Source: Candidatus Poribacteria bacterium
GTDB taxonomy: Bacteria; Poribacteria; WGA-4E; WGA-3G
Length of the DNA: 64,000 nt
Assembly (NCBI GenBank): GCA_965214095.1
Contig: OZ243938.1
Coordinates: forward strand, 192,001-256,000
Reading direction: 5' to 3'
The notes under the pieces are model-generated. The model worked only from the letters and a program-made list of their open reading frames with translations. It searched no databases and had not been told where the DNA came from. Shown piece after piece: positions 41,104-51,300 of this stretch; position 1 is the first letter of the stretch, and each line of letters starts with the position of its first letter. The translations under genes were made by a program, and so were the position numbers.

Positions 41104-42507
41104 ATGAAAAATACCCTCCTAAATACTCTCTTCATCATCTGGATAATAGTAGTACCACAGAGCTATAGTGCAGTAACTTCTATCGGTGAGATTAACGTCG
41201 TTGGAGAAACCAAAGGAATTGTCCCGGCAAGTTCTACTGTGCCATTGCTTGTTACACTTTCAATTGATAGGTCTTTGGCAGAACCCGGTGAAGAAATCAA
41301 GACTATTGAAATTACGATGCCAAAAGGTTTTCAAACCAGCGTAACAGATTTTAAAGGCATCACGCGCGATGGAGAAAAACTACTGGCTTCTGTCAACATT
41401 TCTGGTGGAAATGTCATACGTGTGGAACTTGCACAGGACATTAGAGATTTCCAAAATTCAATATATGACATTTTATTTGATGCACGTACACCTAACACCA
41501 TTTTTTTAGCAGAATTCAAAGTCATATTACGTAATAATGAAGATACACCAATTGGTGAATTTATACGTGCAGGACAAGCAGATTCAAAACTGAATAATGA
41601 CGATTTTACACTGCAGATCATTCCAAATGTTCCGCCTGCACCTGTTACTTCTTTCACTGCTGCAGCCGATACAACCGGTGAAAATGATGTAACACTCCGT
41701 TGGCAAAAATCAGAAGACCCTGATGTCAATGGATACATTATTTATAGAGACGTTGAAACCGTAATTAATGTAGAGAACCGTGCTGCTACAACATATCGGG
41801 ATGTCAATGTTCCTCCAGGAGAACATACATATCAGATTGCTGCATACAAGTCTATATATTTACAATCTGAGCGTTCTACTGAACAGAAAGTGGTTGTGTC
41901 AGAAGATTCTGCTGCGCCGCTTCCCCCGACCGCAATCAAAATTGAAGCAAAAATGGAAGGTGTAGAATTAACTTGGAATGCTAGTGTCAGTCGTGATGTT
42001 ACTAAGTATAAGATATGGTTCGGTTCGTCTGAAGCAACGACGCTTGAACCGCTTATGGAAGGTGAGATTACTGTTAATGACACCTCAAATGGATCATCGG
42101 AATATATGTACTTTGATCAAAGAACAATACCGAAAGGTAGTTTTACATTTACATATTCAGTGACGGCTATAGATGAGGCAGGAAATGAATCTGCACCTAC
42201 GAAGAAAAGACTTAGAGTATTTGATAGACCATTCCCAAATCCATTTACTCCCCTTTCTGGTGATTCTGACTTTAACACCGTAGTTTTTCCAAAACGGACA
42301 ATTGAAGACAGTGAAGGAGAATTCAATGTACTTCTCTTTAACCTAAATGGTGTTCTTGTAAAATCTCTAACAGCACAACTTGATGAAGACGAACTTCGTT
42401 GGGATGGTAAGAATGAAAGCGGTGAGGTAGTTGAGAGTGGTATTTATATCTATCAATTGCAAGTTGGGGATAGTTTTGCAACAGGGACAATAATTGTAGC
42501 AAAATAA
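41104..42507 (+). CDS. Secreted FN3-repeat protein with FlgD-Ig/T9SS-like C-terminal sorting domain
   Basis: Signal peptide; two FN3-like modules (LRW...DVNGYIIYR; Y.VTAIDEAGNES); PFPNPFTP..GD...WDGKNESG..VESGIYIYQL. Confidence 0.78.
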   Translation: MKNTLLNTLFIIWIIVVPQSYSAVTSIGEINVVGETKGIVPASSTVPLLVTLSIDRSLAEPGEEIKTIEITMPKGFQTSVTDFKGITRDGEKLLASVNISGGNVIRVELAQDIRDFQNSIYDILFDARTPNTIFLAEFKVILRNNEDTPIGEFIRAGQADSKLNNDDFTLQIIPNVPPAPVTSFTAAADTTGENDVTLRWQKSEDPDVNGYIIYRDVETVINVENRAATTYRDVNVPPGEHTYQIAAYKSIYLQSERSTEQKVVVSEDSAAPLPPTAIKIEAKMEGVELTWNASVSRDVTKYKIWFGSSEATTLEPLMEGEITVNDTSNGSSEYMYFDQRTIPKGSFTFTYSVTAIDEAGNESAPTKKRLRVFDRPFPNPFTPLSGDSDFNTVVFPKRTIEDSEGEFNVLLFNLNGVLVKSLTAQLDEDELRWDGKNESGEVVESGIYIYQLQVGDSFATGTIIVAK

Positions 42508-42526
42508 GTCAGCCATTTCAAAGCCT

Positions 42527-42604
42527 CGGTAGATGCGGTTTCCTAACCACATCATAAGTAGCAATTTAGGAATCATGCCAATTGTTGGAGGGTTTAAAAC
42601 TCGT
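42527..42604 (+). repeat. REP-like palindromes downstream of the operon
   Basis: cggtagatgcggtttcctaaccacatc (family of 32486-32511) and ttgttggagggtttaaaactcg (resembles the reverse complement of ~32616-32639). Confidence 0.6.
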
Positions 42605-42712
42605 ATTATACAGGTTAATACTTACAAAACCTATTAACAAGAGACTCCGACACTTATGTTGTTAATACCGATCTCACACAGATAAAATTATAGAGTGTTT
42701 CTTATCAACCTA

Positions 42713-42742
42713 TTGACTTAATTACAATATAACAAGTATACT
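42713..42742 (+). promoter_or_regulatory. Putative sigma70 promoter
   Basis: TTGACT-18-TATACT upstream of the gene at 42789. Confidence 0.5.
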
Positions 42743-42788
42743 ATATTTCATATTCTTATCTAAGAAAACAATTTGTAAAGGAGCAAGC

Positions 42789-43817
42789 ATGAAAAGATTA
42801 AAGACAGTTTTATTTCCATCACACATAATTGCATTAACTATTATTTTTAGTTTATTGATTTCCTTACCAGCTATGGCAGGGTGGCTTGTCTTGCAAGAAA
42901 ATGATCCCGCTATCAGAGATTATATGTCAATCTTTTTTACTGGTGAAAAAACAGGGTGGGTTGTAGGTTCAGCTGCATTTGAAGATTATGAAAATCCAGG
43001 ATTCATTGGATTTACGTTGAATGGCGGAAAAACTTGGAATAGATCCGAACTCAGGCTGGAATCTGATTTAACTGATTTATACTTTTTTGATGAAAAACAC
43101 GGTTGGGCAGTAGGACAAAATGGCTTAATCGCCAATACAACTAACGGCAAAGATTGGGAACTTCAAGTCAGTAAGGTTCCTGGTTTAGCACTTACAAACG
43201 TCAATTTTGTCAATGAAAAAGTTGGATACGCAGTTGGCGAGAACGAAACTATTCTTTCAACGAAGAATGGCGGACGACAATGGAAAATCATAAAAGGTGG
43301 ACAGCTCGGTTCTGGTATTGGTGATGATGAGACAACTATGTTTAACTCAGTTCAGTTTCTTGATGAAAAGACTGGATTTGTTGCTGGCATACGCGTTTTC
43401 CCCAACGAGAAAACACAGAAAAGCGTTATCATGAAAACCGAAGATGGTGCACAAACGTGGATTTCTCAAGAGACTGGTCAAGAAGATATTCTTGAAGACA
43501 TATACATGCTAAATAAGGATACAGGTTGGGCAGTCGGTGAAAACGGTATTATTCTCCATACAAAAGACGGTGGAGCAACGTGGAAGAAACAGGTAAGTGG
43601 AACTGAAGAGACACTCCGTAGTGTCCATTTTGCAAGTGAAAAAGTTGGACTTACCGTTGGCGGCGAACTCGGTGTCGGTGTCTATATCACTACTACCGAC
43701 GGTGGTCAGACATGGACTATTGAAAGTACAAAACAGAAAATGATGAAGGCACATTTTCTTAACATCAATCATGTTTGGTTAGCAGGTTCAACAGGGTTGA
43801 TCATGAAGAAAGAATAA
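42789..43817 (+). CDS. YCF48-related (BNR/Asp-box) beta-propeller secreted protein
   Basis: Repeated GWAVG..G.I..T.DGG.TW motifs; signal peptide. Confidence 0.86.
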   Translation: MKRLKTVLFPSHIIALTIIFSLLISLPAMAGWLVLQENDPAIRDYMSIFFTGEKTGWVVGSAAFEDYENPGFIGFTLNGGKTWNRSELRLESDLTDLYFFDEKHGWAVGQNGLIANTTNGKDWELQVSKVPGLALTNVNFVNEKVGYAVGENETILSTKNGGRQWKIIKGGQLGSGIGDDETTMFNSVQFLDEKTGFVAGIRVFPNEKTQKSVIMKTEDGAQTWISQETGQEDILEDIYMLNKDTGWAVGENGIILHTKDGGATWKKQVSGTEETLRSVHFASEKVGLTVGGELGVGVYITTTDGGQTWTIESTKQKMMKAHFLNINHVWLAGSTGLIMKKE

Positions 43818-44030
43818 ACCGAATCAGATTTTGTTACATTGAAGATGGGTGTTAATCGCATAAACTGAACGAGTCTTGTTTGCGTCTAATACGATTGAGT
43901 AGTGCTATCAGACCAGTTATGCAACACACTTCTCTATTCCCAAAACACAATTACAATCATCATATAAAATTGTAATTTAAGGGCATTCTCACTATATTGA
44001 AACAAATAGTGAGAAGAAAAGGAGGTCATT

Positions 44031-45203
44031 TTGGACAGCCCTATATTCGCCAAGCGTATGAGCCGCTTGGGAACAGAATCGGCATTTGAGGTGTTAGCCA
44101 AAGCCAAGAGTTTAGAAGCACAAGGTAAAGACATTATACATTTAGAAATTGGTCAACCTGACTTTACGACCCCAATGAATGTATGTGAAGCAGCATTCAA
44201 GGCAATGAAAGATGGGCACACAGGTTATTGTCCATCCGCTGGAATACCTGAATTCCGTGAAGTTGTCGCACAACATATCGGTGAAACTCGTAATATTGAT
44301 ATTCACCCAGACGAAGTTACAGTAACACCTGGCGCAAAACCGATCATCTTTTTTACTATCTTAGCATTAGTGGATGATGGTGATGAAGTAATCTATCCGG
44401 AACCAGGTTTTCCTGTTTATGAATCAGTGATTGATTTTATCGGTGGTAAAGCAATTCCTCTTCCACTCCGTGAAGAAGTTGATTTTCGATTCCGAATTGA
44501 AGATCTTATAGACAGAATCACAGACCGAACAAAACTATTGATCCTCAATTCTCCCCAAAATCCTACCGGTGGCATCCTAACAGAATCTGACCTAACTGAT
44601 ATAGCAGAACTTGCACAGAAACATAACTTTTATATTCTTACCGATGAAGTTTACTCGCGTTTACTCTATGAAGGAACGCATCAAAGCATCATAAGCCTAC
44701 CAGGTTTGAAAGAGAAGACAATATTAATTGATGGACATTCAAAGACTTATGCTATGACTGGTTGGCGATTAGGATACGGTGTTGCCCCTCGCGAGATTGC
44801 AGATAAGATAACACGATTGACCATCAACTCAAATTCATGCACAGCCACTTTCACACAATATGCAGGTATAGAAGCATTGGTAGGACCTCAGACGTTCGTA
44901 ACACAGATGGTAGCAGAGTTTAGAAAACGCCGTGATGTCATTGTAGATGGATTAAATGCTATTGACGGTATTTCCTGTGTCAAACCACTCGGTTCATTTT
45001 ATGTTTTTCCGAATGTATCAAAACTACCACTTTCATGTGAAGAACTTGCTGATTATATAATGAATGAGGTAGGCGTTGCGTTATTACCCGGCACAGCATT
45101 TGGGAAGTACGGTGATGGGTATCTTAGACTTTCTTATGCAAATTCTTTAGAAAATATAGAAGATGCCCTCAACAGAATACAAACTGCTGTTTCCAAGTTG
45201 TAG
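44031..45203 (+). CDS. PLP-dependent class I aminotransferase (aspartate aminotransferase-like)
   Basis: GQPDF.TP, NSPQNPTG, TDEVY, SKTYAMTGWRLG, YLRLSYA. Confidence 0.92.
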   Translation: MDSPIFAKRMSRLGTESAFEVLAKAKSLEAQGKDIIHLEIGQPDFTTPMNVCEAAFKAMKDGHTGYCPSAGIPEFREVVAQHIGETRNIDIHPDEVTVTPGAKPIIFFTILALVDDGDEVIYPEPGFPVYESVIDFIGGKAIPLPLREEVDFRFRIEDLIDRITDRTKLLILNSPQNPTGGILTESDLTDIAELAQKHNFYILTDEVYSRLLYEGTHQSIISLPGLKEKTILIDGHSKTYAMTGWRLGYGVAPREIADKITRLTINSNSCTATFTQYAGIEALVGPQTFVTQMVAEFRKRRDVIVDGLNAIDGISCVKPLGSFYVFPNVSKLPLSCEELADYIMNEVGVALLPGTAFGKYGDGYLRLSYANSLENIEDALNRIQTAVSKL

Positions 45204-45223
45204 ACAGATTTAGGATATATAAA

Positions 45224-46132
45224 ATGTCTCAGAAAGCGACAGCGCGAATTCCCGCAAGCACAACAAATCTTGGACCCGGGTTTGATGTACTGGGATTAGC
45301 ACTGCAACTTTATAGCACCGTTTCATTGGAAATCACAAAAAATGAAACAGATGTTATTGTCAGTGGTGTAGATGTTGATAAGATACCAAGCACAACGGAA
45401 CACATTGCTTTTCGTGCGGTAGAATACGTTTTTCAAAGTTGCGGACAACAACTACCTAATGGCTTAATATTGAACATTGCTAACGGTATTCCTGCTATAC
45501 GGGGTTTAGGCGGCAGTGGTACTGCTATCCTTGGCGGGTTGTTAACAGCAAATGTTTTATGTGGTAATCCGTTTTCTCGTTCAGAACTACTCAATTTTGC
45601 CTCAGCAATTGAAGGGCATCCAGACAATGTTGCTGCTTCTTTGCTTGGAGGTCTGGTTATATCGGTACAAGAAAATGACCATATCCATACAATAAAGATA
45701 CCATGCGATCCTACTTTACACATTGTACTCGCTATCCCTGAATTCACATTGTCTACTCAGAAAGCGCGTGACATTTTACCCAAAAAAGTAGAATTTGCAG
45801 ATGCTATATATAACATAAGTCGAAGTTCACTACTTGTGGCAAGTATAGCATCTGGAAAATTAGACATTCTTTCAACTGCGATGTCTGATAAACTTCATCA
45901 ACCATATCGCAGCAGAATTATCCCTGGATTTAATGATGTCGTTGATGCAGCAACTTCTGCAGGAGCTCTGAGCACTGCATTAAGTGGCGCGGGACCAACA
46001 ATTGCGGCCTACTGCATTGATAACATGCAGGAAGTTGGTATTAGCATGCAGGAAGCATTTAGTGATAACGACATCCGTTGTGAAATAAAGATATTGAGTG
46101 CAGATCTGGATGGGGCAAAAGTGTGGACATAA
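45224..46132 (+). CDS. thrB: Homoserine kinase
   Basis: PASTTNLGPGFD, IP..RGLG.S, EGHPDN, D.LHQPYR, LSGAGPT. Confidence 0.94.
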   Translation: MSQKATARIPASTTNLGPGFDVLGLALQLYSTVSLEITKNETDVIVSGVDVDKIPSTTEHIAFRAVEYVFQSCGQQLPNGLILNIANGIPAIRGLGGSGTAILGGLLTANVLCGNPFSRSELLNFASAIEGHPDNVAASLLGGLVISVQENDHIHTIKIPCDPTLHIVLAIPEFTLSTQKARDILPKKVEFADAIYNISRSSLLVASIASGKLDILSTAMSDKLHQPYRSRIIPGFNDVVDAATSAGALSTALSGAGPTIAAYCIDNMQEVGISMQEAFSDNDIRCEIKILSADLDGAKVWT

Positions 46133-46337
46133 TACCAATTCTGAAAGTTAAAGTCGCATTAGGAGTTTATTAGTCGTTGTAAATGTACGAGACGCAATGG
46201 ATTGCGCTTGGTGAATGTGCTTATGACATTACATTGAACCAGTTATTTCTCTAAGGGTATGTTCTCAATTACAAACACTATAAGATGACAGTATCATAAT
46301 TTGAAATCATAAGAAACAAGCATTGTTAGGAAAAAAT

Positions 46338-49064
46338 ATGTCTAATTTCTATGCAGAAACAATTTCTTTTCTGCAGAACCAGTTCAATACAGATTTAGAA
46401 TCTGGCTTGAGTCACGCTGAAGTTGAAAAGTTAAGAGTAGAACACGGTGAAAATGTCTCAATGTCCAAATTCAAATCTTGGAATATGTCATCTTATCTTG
46501 AGCAGGTATTCAACTGGAGATTATTATTACTGGTACTTACCTCAGTACTTTTCGGTATTGCTGGTGACTTATATGGTACAATTCTCATTGGTACAATTGC
46601 AATTATTTCACTATTGTGGGCAACAGTTGTGGCAATTAGTTCTCAGATTAGACAAAAACACCTTCAAAAGCAATTCAACTACAAAGTATCTGTAATCCGG
46701 CAAGGCAAGCAAGAACAGTGTCATCCATCAGACATTGTTCCGGGGGACCTTCTTGTACTTAGGCAGGGGAACTATATTCCCGCTGATGCCCGAATAATAC
46801 AAGCGGATGGACTATTTGTTGATGAGTCAAGTTTGTTTGGAAGTAGTGGTGCTGCGAAAAAAGATGTTAAAGAAATAACTGAAACTGGTATCCCACCTGA
46901 ACAACAGACAAACATGGTTTTTGGTGGTACTTTTGTTGACGCAGGAGTTGGGAATGCAATTGTCGTCAGAACGGCTGATGAGATGGAAATGTATAAGATA
47001 AATACAGAAAACCGTCAGATGCCTAAAGAAATGACTGGTGATGAAAACCAATTAAAGTTTTGTAAAGACATATTGATATTTGCTGGTCTGGTCGTCGGGA
47101 CAATTGCTGTCGCAATCTCATGGTGGCAACAATCCTCGCTAAATCCCACTACCAATTGGATACAATATGTTCAAATCGTGTTGATATTTGCTTTAGCTGC
47201 GACACCCTATAACTTATCTTTACTATTGAATACCATTATAGATCGTAGATCTTTTGGCTTGACCAAAAGAGGATTGGTGTTACGAAATAGCAAAGATTTT
47301 GAGAAGTTAAACCGGCTCACTGCTTTCTGTTCTGATGAACAAGGCATTGTAAGTACACAATCTCTGACAATTTCCAATATCTTTGTGGATGAACAAATTG
47401 TTAATCGGTCAACATGGGAAAAATGGTTGACATCACTTGAATCACATCCATCGGATGAAATAAGTGAACGTGTTAGTAATATATCACCTGGATTTCATAT
47501 TCCGCAAGGTGCCCCAGGTTTGGTATTGACCGCCGGTTTGGGTACATCTGGGGAACGATACTATGATAGGAATAACACAGAACAATCACATCAACAAGTT
47601 ATACATGCTGCTGTGGAAAAACTCGGATACCAATTGAATACTATAAAATCTAATATGCAGCTTGTTACAGAATACCCTTGGACTGCAAACTTTGGATTTG
47701 AACTTCATGTATTTAAATCTGGGGATGATGAGTATTTGAATATTATAGTTGGTGATGCAGGCGATGTCTTGGAAGCAAGTGATTCTATCCTTGTTAATGG
47801 GGAAATAACGGAGTTTTCTTACGAACAATTTGAAAATTGTAATGAAATCCTAAAATACATGAAAAACTCCAGAGAACATGTCTTCGGTATAGCCTCTGTA
47901 CATTCTGAAATGCCATTGTCCCCTCCTGAAGTTCAGGGAGTATCAACTTTTTTAGGGTTCATCAGTTTTTCTGCTACAGATAAGAAAGAGACTATTTCGG
48001 TGATTAAGTCTTTCCTTGACACCGGCATTAAGGTCATTCTGATTAGCGAAGTAGATGAACAGACAACCACAGATTTGGCAAGAGAACTTGGACTTGCACA
48101 CACCCGAAACGCCGTTGCAACAAGAGAAGAACTCATAAATCTTACAACACAAGAGTTTGATCGTGAAGTGCCAAATTTGAGCGCATATTCTCAACCGACG
48201 CAAGAACAGAGACGTAACATTGTTCGCAGTTTGAAGCGGCATGATAATTCGGTAGGATATTTAGGTCAAAGTTCTATTGATCAACGGGCAATGATTGCAG
48301 CGGATATCGCATTTGCTGATACAAGATATGCAACACATTACGCACAAGACCACGCGGATTGTCTGATAATTGACAAAGGTTTTAAGTCAGTAAAAGAATG
48401 TATGATATATGCGCGTGAAGTATATCTAAACCTTTCAGGAACATTGCGGTGGTGTCTTTCTTGCACAATCGCTCAATTCTTAGTAGTGATTTTCGGTTTG
48501 ATCTTACACACTGGGTTTAATTATGAAATGCCACTCTCACTGAAACAGGTCGTTTGGGTGCAATTCTTGACAACACTGCTGCCAGCCATCGGGTTAGGCT
48601 ATGAGAAACTGTTTGTAGATTCTAAACATTACAATACCAGTAGAACGACTTCTTTACTACCGAAGACTGCAGTGTTTGATATTGTGTGCAGAAGTGTTGT
48701 TATCAGTTTGATGACAATTATACATTTCTTAGTAATTACATTTACATCGGAAGAATTTAATCTATTAGAGGCACAATCAGCAACATGCACAACGCTTTTC
48801 TTTACACAAGTGGTTTCCTACTTCCAATGTATGCGCTATCCGTGGGAGTCACTCTTCAAAAGGATGTTTGTCAACATTCGGCTATTATTTGTTTTTATAC
48901 TGGTAATTGGACTTTATATGGCTGGTATGTATATTGAATTCATACATTCTATAATTGGTATCGTTCCACTTCAAAAGGATTGGATAATCACTGGTTTGTG
49001 TAGTATTATTTTGCTGTTATTACCACTAAATTTGGCTATTAATCCTCGTAAAGATATGATTTAA
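46338..49064 (+). CDS. Cation-transporting P-type (P2A-like) ATPase homologue with degenerate catalytic motifs
   Basis: Full architecture (GLS..E...R..HGEN, IVPGD...G..IPADAR, about 10 TM segments) but DKTGT reads DEQGI, TGES reads FGSS, PEGL reads PYNL, GDGxND reads GQSSID. Confidence 0.82.
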   Translation: MSNFYAETISFLQNQFNTDLESGLSHAEVEKLRVEHGENVSMSKFKSWNMSSYLEQVFNWRLLLLVLTSVLFGIAGDLYGTILIGTIAIISLLWATVVAISSQIRQKHLQKQFNYKVSVIRQGKQEQCHPSDIVPGDLLVLRQGNYIPADARIIQADGLFVDESSLFGSSGAAKKDVKEITETGIPPEQQTNMVFGGTFVDAGVGNAIVVRTADEMEMYKINTENRQMPKEMTGDENQLKFCKDILIFAGLVVGTIAVAISWWQQSSLNPTTNWIQYVQIVLIFALAATPYNLSLLLNTIIDRRSFGLTKRGLVLRNSKDFEKLNRLTAFCSDEQGIVSTQSLTISNIFVDEQIVNRSTWEKWLTSLESHPSDEISERVSNISPGFHIPQGAPGLVLTAGLGTSGERYYDRNNTEQSHQQVIHAAVEKLGYQLNTIKSNMQLVTEYPWTANFGFELHVFKSGDDEYLNIIVGDAGDVLEASDSILVNGEITEFSYEQFENCNEILKYMKNSREHVFGIASVHSEMPLSPPEVQGVSTFLGFISFSATDKKETISVIKSFLDTGIKVILISEVDEQTTTDLARELGLAHTRNAVATREELINLTTQEFDREVPNLSAYSQPTQEQRRNIVRSLKRHDNSVGYLGQSSIDQRAMIAADIAFADTRYATHYAQDHADCLIIDKGFKSVKECMIYAREVYLNLSGTLRWCLSCTIAQFLVVIFGLILHTGFNYEMPLSLKQVVWVQFLTTLLPAIGLGYEKLFVDSKHYNTSRTTSLLPKTAVFDIVCRSVVISLMTIIHFLVITFTSEEFNLLEAQSATCTTLFFTQVVSYFQCMRYPWESLFKRMFVNIRLLFVFILVIGLYMAGMYIEFIHSIIGIVPLQKDWIITGLCSIILLLLPLNLAINPRKDMI

Positions 49065-51010
49065 ACCCAGAACCCGTAGGTCGGTATTCCACCGATAATT
49101 CCGATAATTGTCCAGATACTTCCAATTGTGAACTCACCAAGGATTAAACCTAAAAAGAATGGGGCTACCTTCCGATACCTTACGGGTCCACCATATTTTA
49201 GAATGATTAATTTGATAAGCCAACTCATGAATAAACAACCCCAAGTAACGTTCATACCCCAACTTGTTGAAATGGCAAATCCTGCTGGATGAAAGGGCCA
49301 CCAAACAAACCGCATTCTAAATAGCATCAAAAAGGTTGTCATCAAATACCCGAACACTGTAAAAGCAGTTTCAGGAACAAGTGTCCCAGTTGGTGATTGT
49401 AACCAACCTGTGAGTCTTCTGTAAGGTTCAATACCGAAAGCACTCAAGGATGGTGAAGGGGCACGAACTTCCATACCTAACTGATAACCTCGGTCAATTA
49501 ATGCCCAGAATCCTGCTAAAGAACCTAATGCAGCTGCAAACATCAATGCAAAAACAATGCGTCGCATTGACATATTCGTCCGTTCTATTATCTTGAAACC
49601 TTCCAATTGATGGGGCATCGGGTGGCTGCGGTAGGCACGGTTGATAAACCAAAACAGTGAGAACATCACAAGGTTTTCTCTGCCTAACTTACGGGTACCC
49701 ACAACTCTTGTTAGGATCTGATCAGGGCCCGCATAATGAAGATCGTGAACAGGTGTTCCTAACTCAGCACGCATGCGTGTGATAGCAATAGAAATCATAT
49801 AATAAATTACAAAGAAAACAAACATAATACCGATGTTTGCACCACCGTAGTAACAAAATACGACCAAGAATAATATTGCCATGATCAATCCGAATACTGC
49901 ACCTCTATACGAAAGTGGGCCCTCTTTTGCTTGTGAGTTGTCTCTACTAAAAATCATCCGCCCAACCCAAAGCAGATGTCGTCTACTTGCCCAAATAGCA
50001 AGAACGCACAATGCAAGATACCCACCAGACGCTTGCTCGTTAAGATATGGGAATCTTGGTAGACTTCTAAATCCGAACATCGCTCCAACGACACGCAATA
50101 TCCGCCAATACCAGAAGAAAAACCAACAGGAAAATGAAAGGTCAAGAGGAATAAAAAAACCGAGTCCAATTGCAAATGGATATAGTGAAAAAGGGATATT
50201 ACCCATCGCATTCCAAGGACTGTCAGTGAAAATTCGGTAACTCCGATTCCGGGTAGGTAACTCCGGAAAAAAAGGATACAAGAAACTTAACCCATTCCAC
50301 AAGGCTAAACCACCTGCAATACAGAATCCCACCCACATAACCTTATTCTTAAAGAAGTTGTTATGGGCAGCACCAGTCAATTGAAGCGGAAGATGGATTA
50401 TCGGGTAGCTTAGTTTTTCATACTCTATCCACTGTTTTCTAATGATGATGTTGATGCAGAGCATACCAAATACTAATACACCGATGAAGACTGTCCACCA
50501 CAGAACGGGTGTTGCCCAACCGAGTAGCGTTTGATATGTATAGAGCGGTAAGTCACCTTCATAGTAACCCCGTAGTAATTCACTGTTACGGACAGTAAGC
50601 CATTCCGGTAGATAAGGAAGGAACAGCTGCTGCCATTCATTCTCTGGAGTTGCGAAGCGAAACGCATGTCCCAACATCGGCACTAATATCTCAAGCATAT
50701 CGTGACCAGTAATTCCGGATGCAATAGAAAGCATCAAATAGACAACTACCAATTCACTCTGTGCTAATGCTAAAGGAGGGAGGACTCGTTTCAACAGTTG
50801 GTTGAGACCTATTATAACAAACAGAGAAAATATTACATTGAAAAAGAGGGAAATCGTGACAGGATGTCCTGAATAACGGATTACCTCCATCTCAATCACC
50901 CAATAACAGTTGATCGGTATGAGGATGGCAGCGATAAGGATAGATTTGATAGTAACCCCGTGGGGAGGAATCTGTGAAGGATTAAATGCCGGGGTCTGTT
51001 GTATTTCCAT
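49061..51010 (-). CDS. Polytopic membrane protein, DUF6785/DUF6784-like
   Basis: RKQWIEYEKLSYPI, PLDLSFS.WFF, R.RAELG.P, WWPFHPAG, LKYGG...Y....PFFLGLILGE; family recognised from memory. Confidence 0.7.
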   Translation of the reverse strand: MEIQQTPAFNPSQIPPHGVTIKSILIAAILIPINCYWVIEMEVIRYSGHPVTISLFFNVIFSLFVIIGLNQLLKRVLPPLALAQSELVVVYLMLSIASGITGHDMLEILVPMLGHAFRFATPENEWQQLFLPYLPEWLTVRNSELLRGYYEGDLPLYTYQTLLGWATPVLWWTVFIGVLVFGMLCINIIIRKQWIEYEKLSYPIIHLPLQLTGAAHNNFFKNKVMWVGFCIAGGLALWNGLSFLYPFFPELPTRNRSYRIFTDSPWNAMGNIPFSLYPFAIGLGFFIPLDLSFSCWFFFWYWRILRVVGAMFGFRSLPRFPYLNEQASGGYLALCVLAIWASRRHLLWVGRMIFSRDNSQAKEGPLSYRGAVFGLIMAILFLVVFCYYGGANIGIMFVFFVIYYMISIAITRMRAELGTPVHDLHYAGPDQILTRVVGTRKLGRENLVMFSLFWFINRAYRSHPMPHQLEGFKIIERTNMSMRRIVFALMFAAALGSLAGFWALIDRGYQLGMEVRAPSPSLSAFGIEPYRRLTGWLQSPTGTLVPETAFTVFGYLMTTFLMLFRMRFVWWPFHPAGFAISTSWGMNVTWGCLFMSWLIKLIILKYGGPVRYRKVAPFFLGLILGEFTIGSIWTIIGIIGGIPTYGFWV

Positions 51011-51046
51011 GTAGTTTTAGATTCAATAGTTATACAAGTTTTATGT

Positions 51047-51075
51047 AGTCTACAGTATTATGAGTAGCTTGTCAA
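51047..51075 (-). promoter_or_regulatory. Putative sigma70 promoter of the membrane-protein gene
   Basis: Minus strand TTGACA-17-TAGACT. Confidence 0.55.
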
Positions 51076-51300
51076 CACCTTTATGTGTGTAGCCAGAGGC
51101 ATTTAACGTTAGTGAATAATATTAAACAGAAAGCCGAAAACTAAATAATCTTGCTCCTATACTTTATCTTTTTCTTAACAATGTAATTGTGGTATAATTG
51201 AGATATTCACAAATAGTGACAATCTATAACAACAAAAGTCCTAAAACAAACCTATTTGACTATAGGAACAATATAAAGAAACACCATCTCAAGAAAATCA

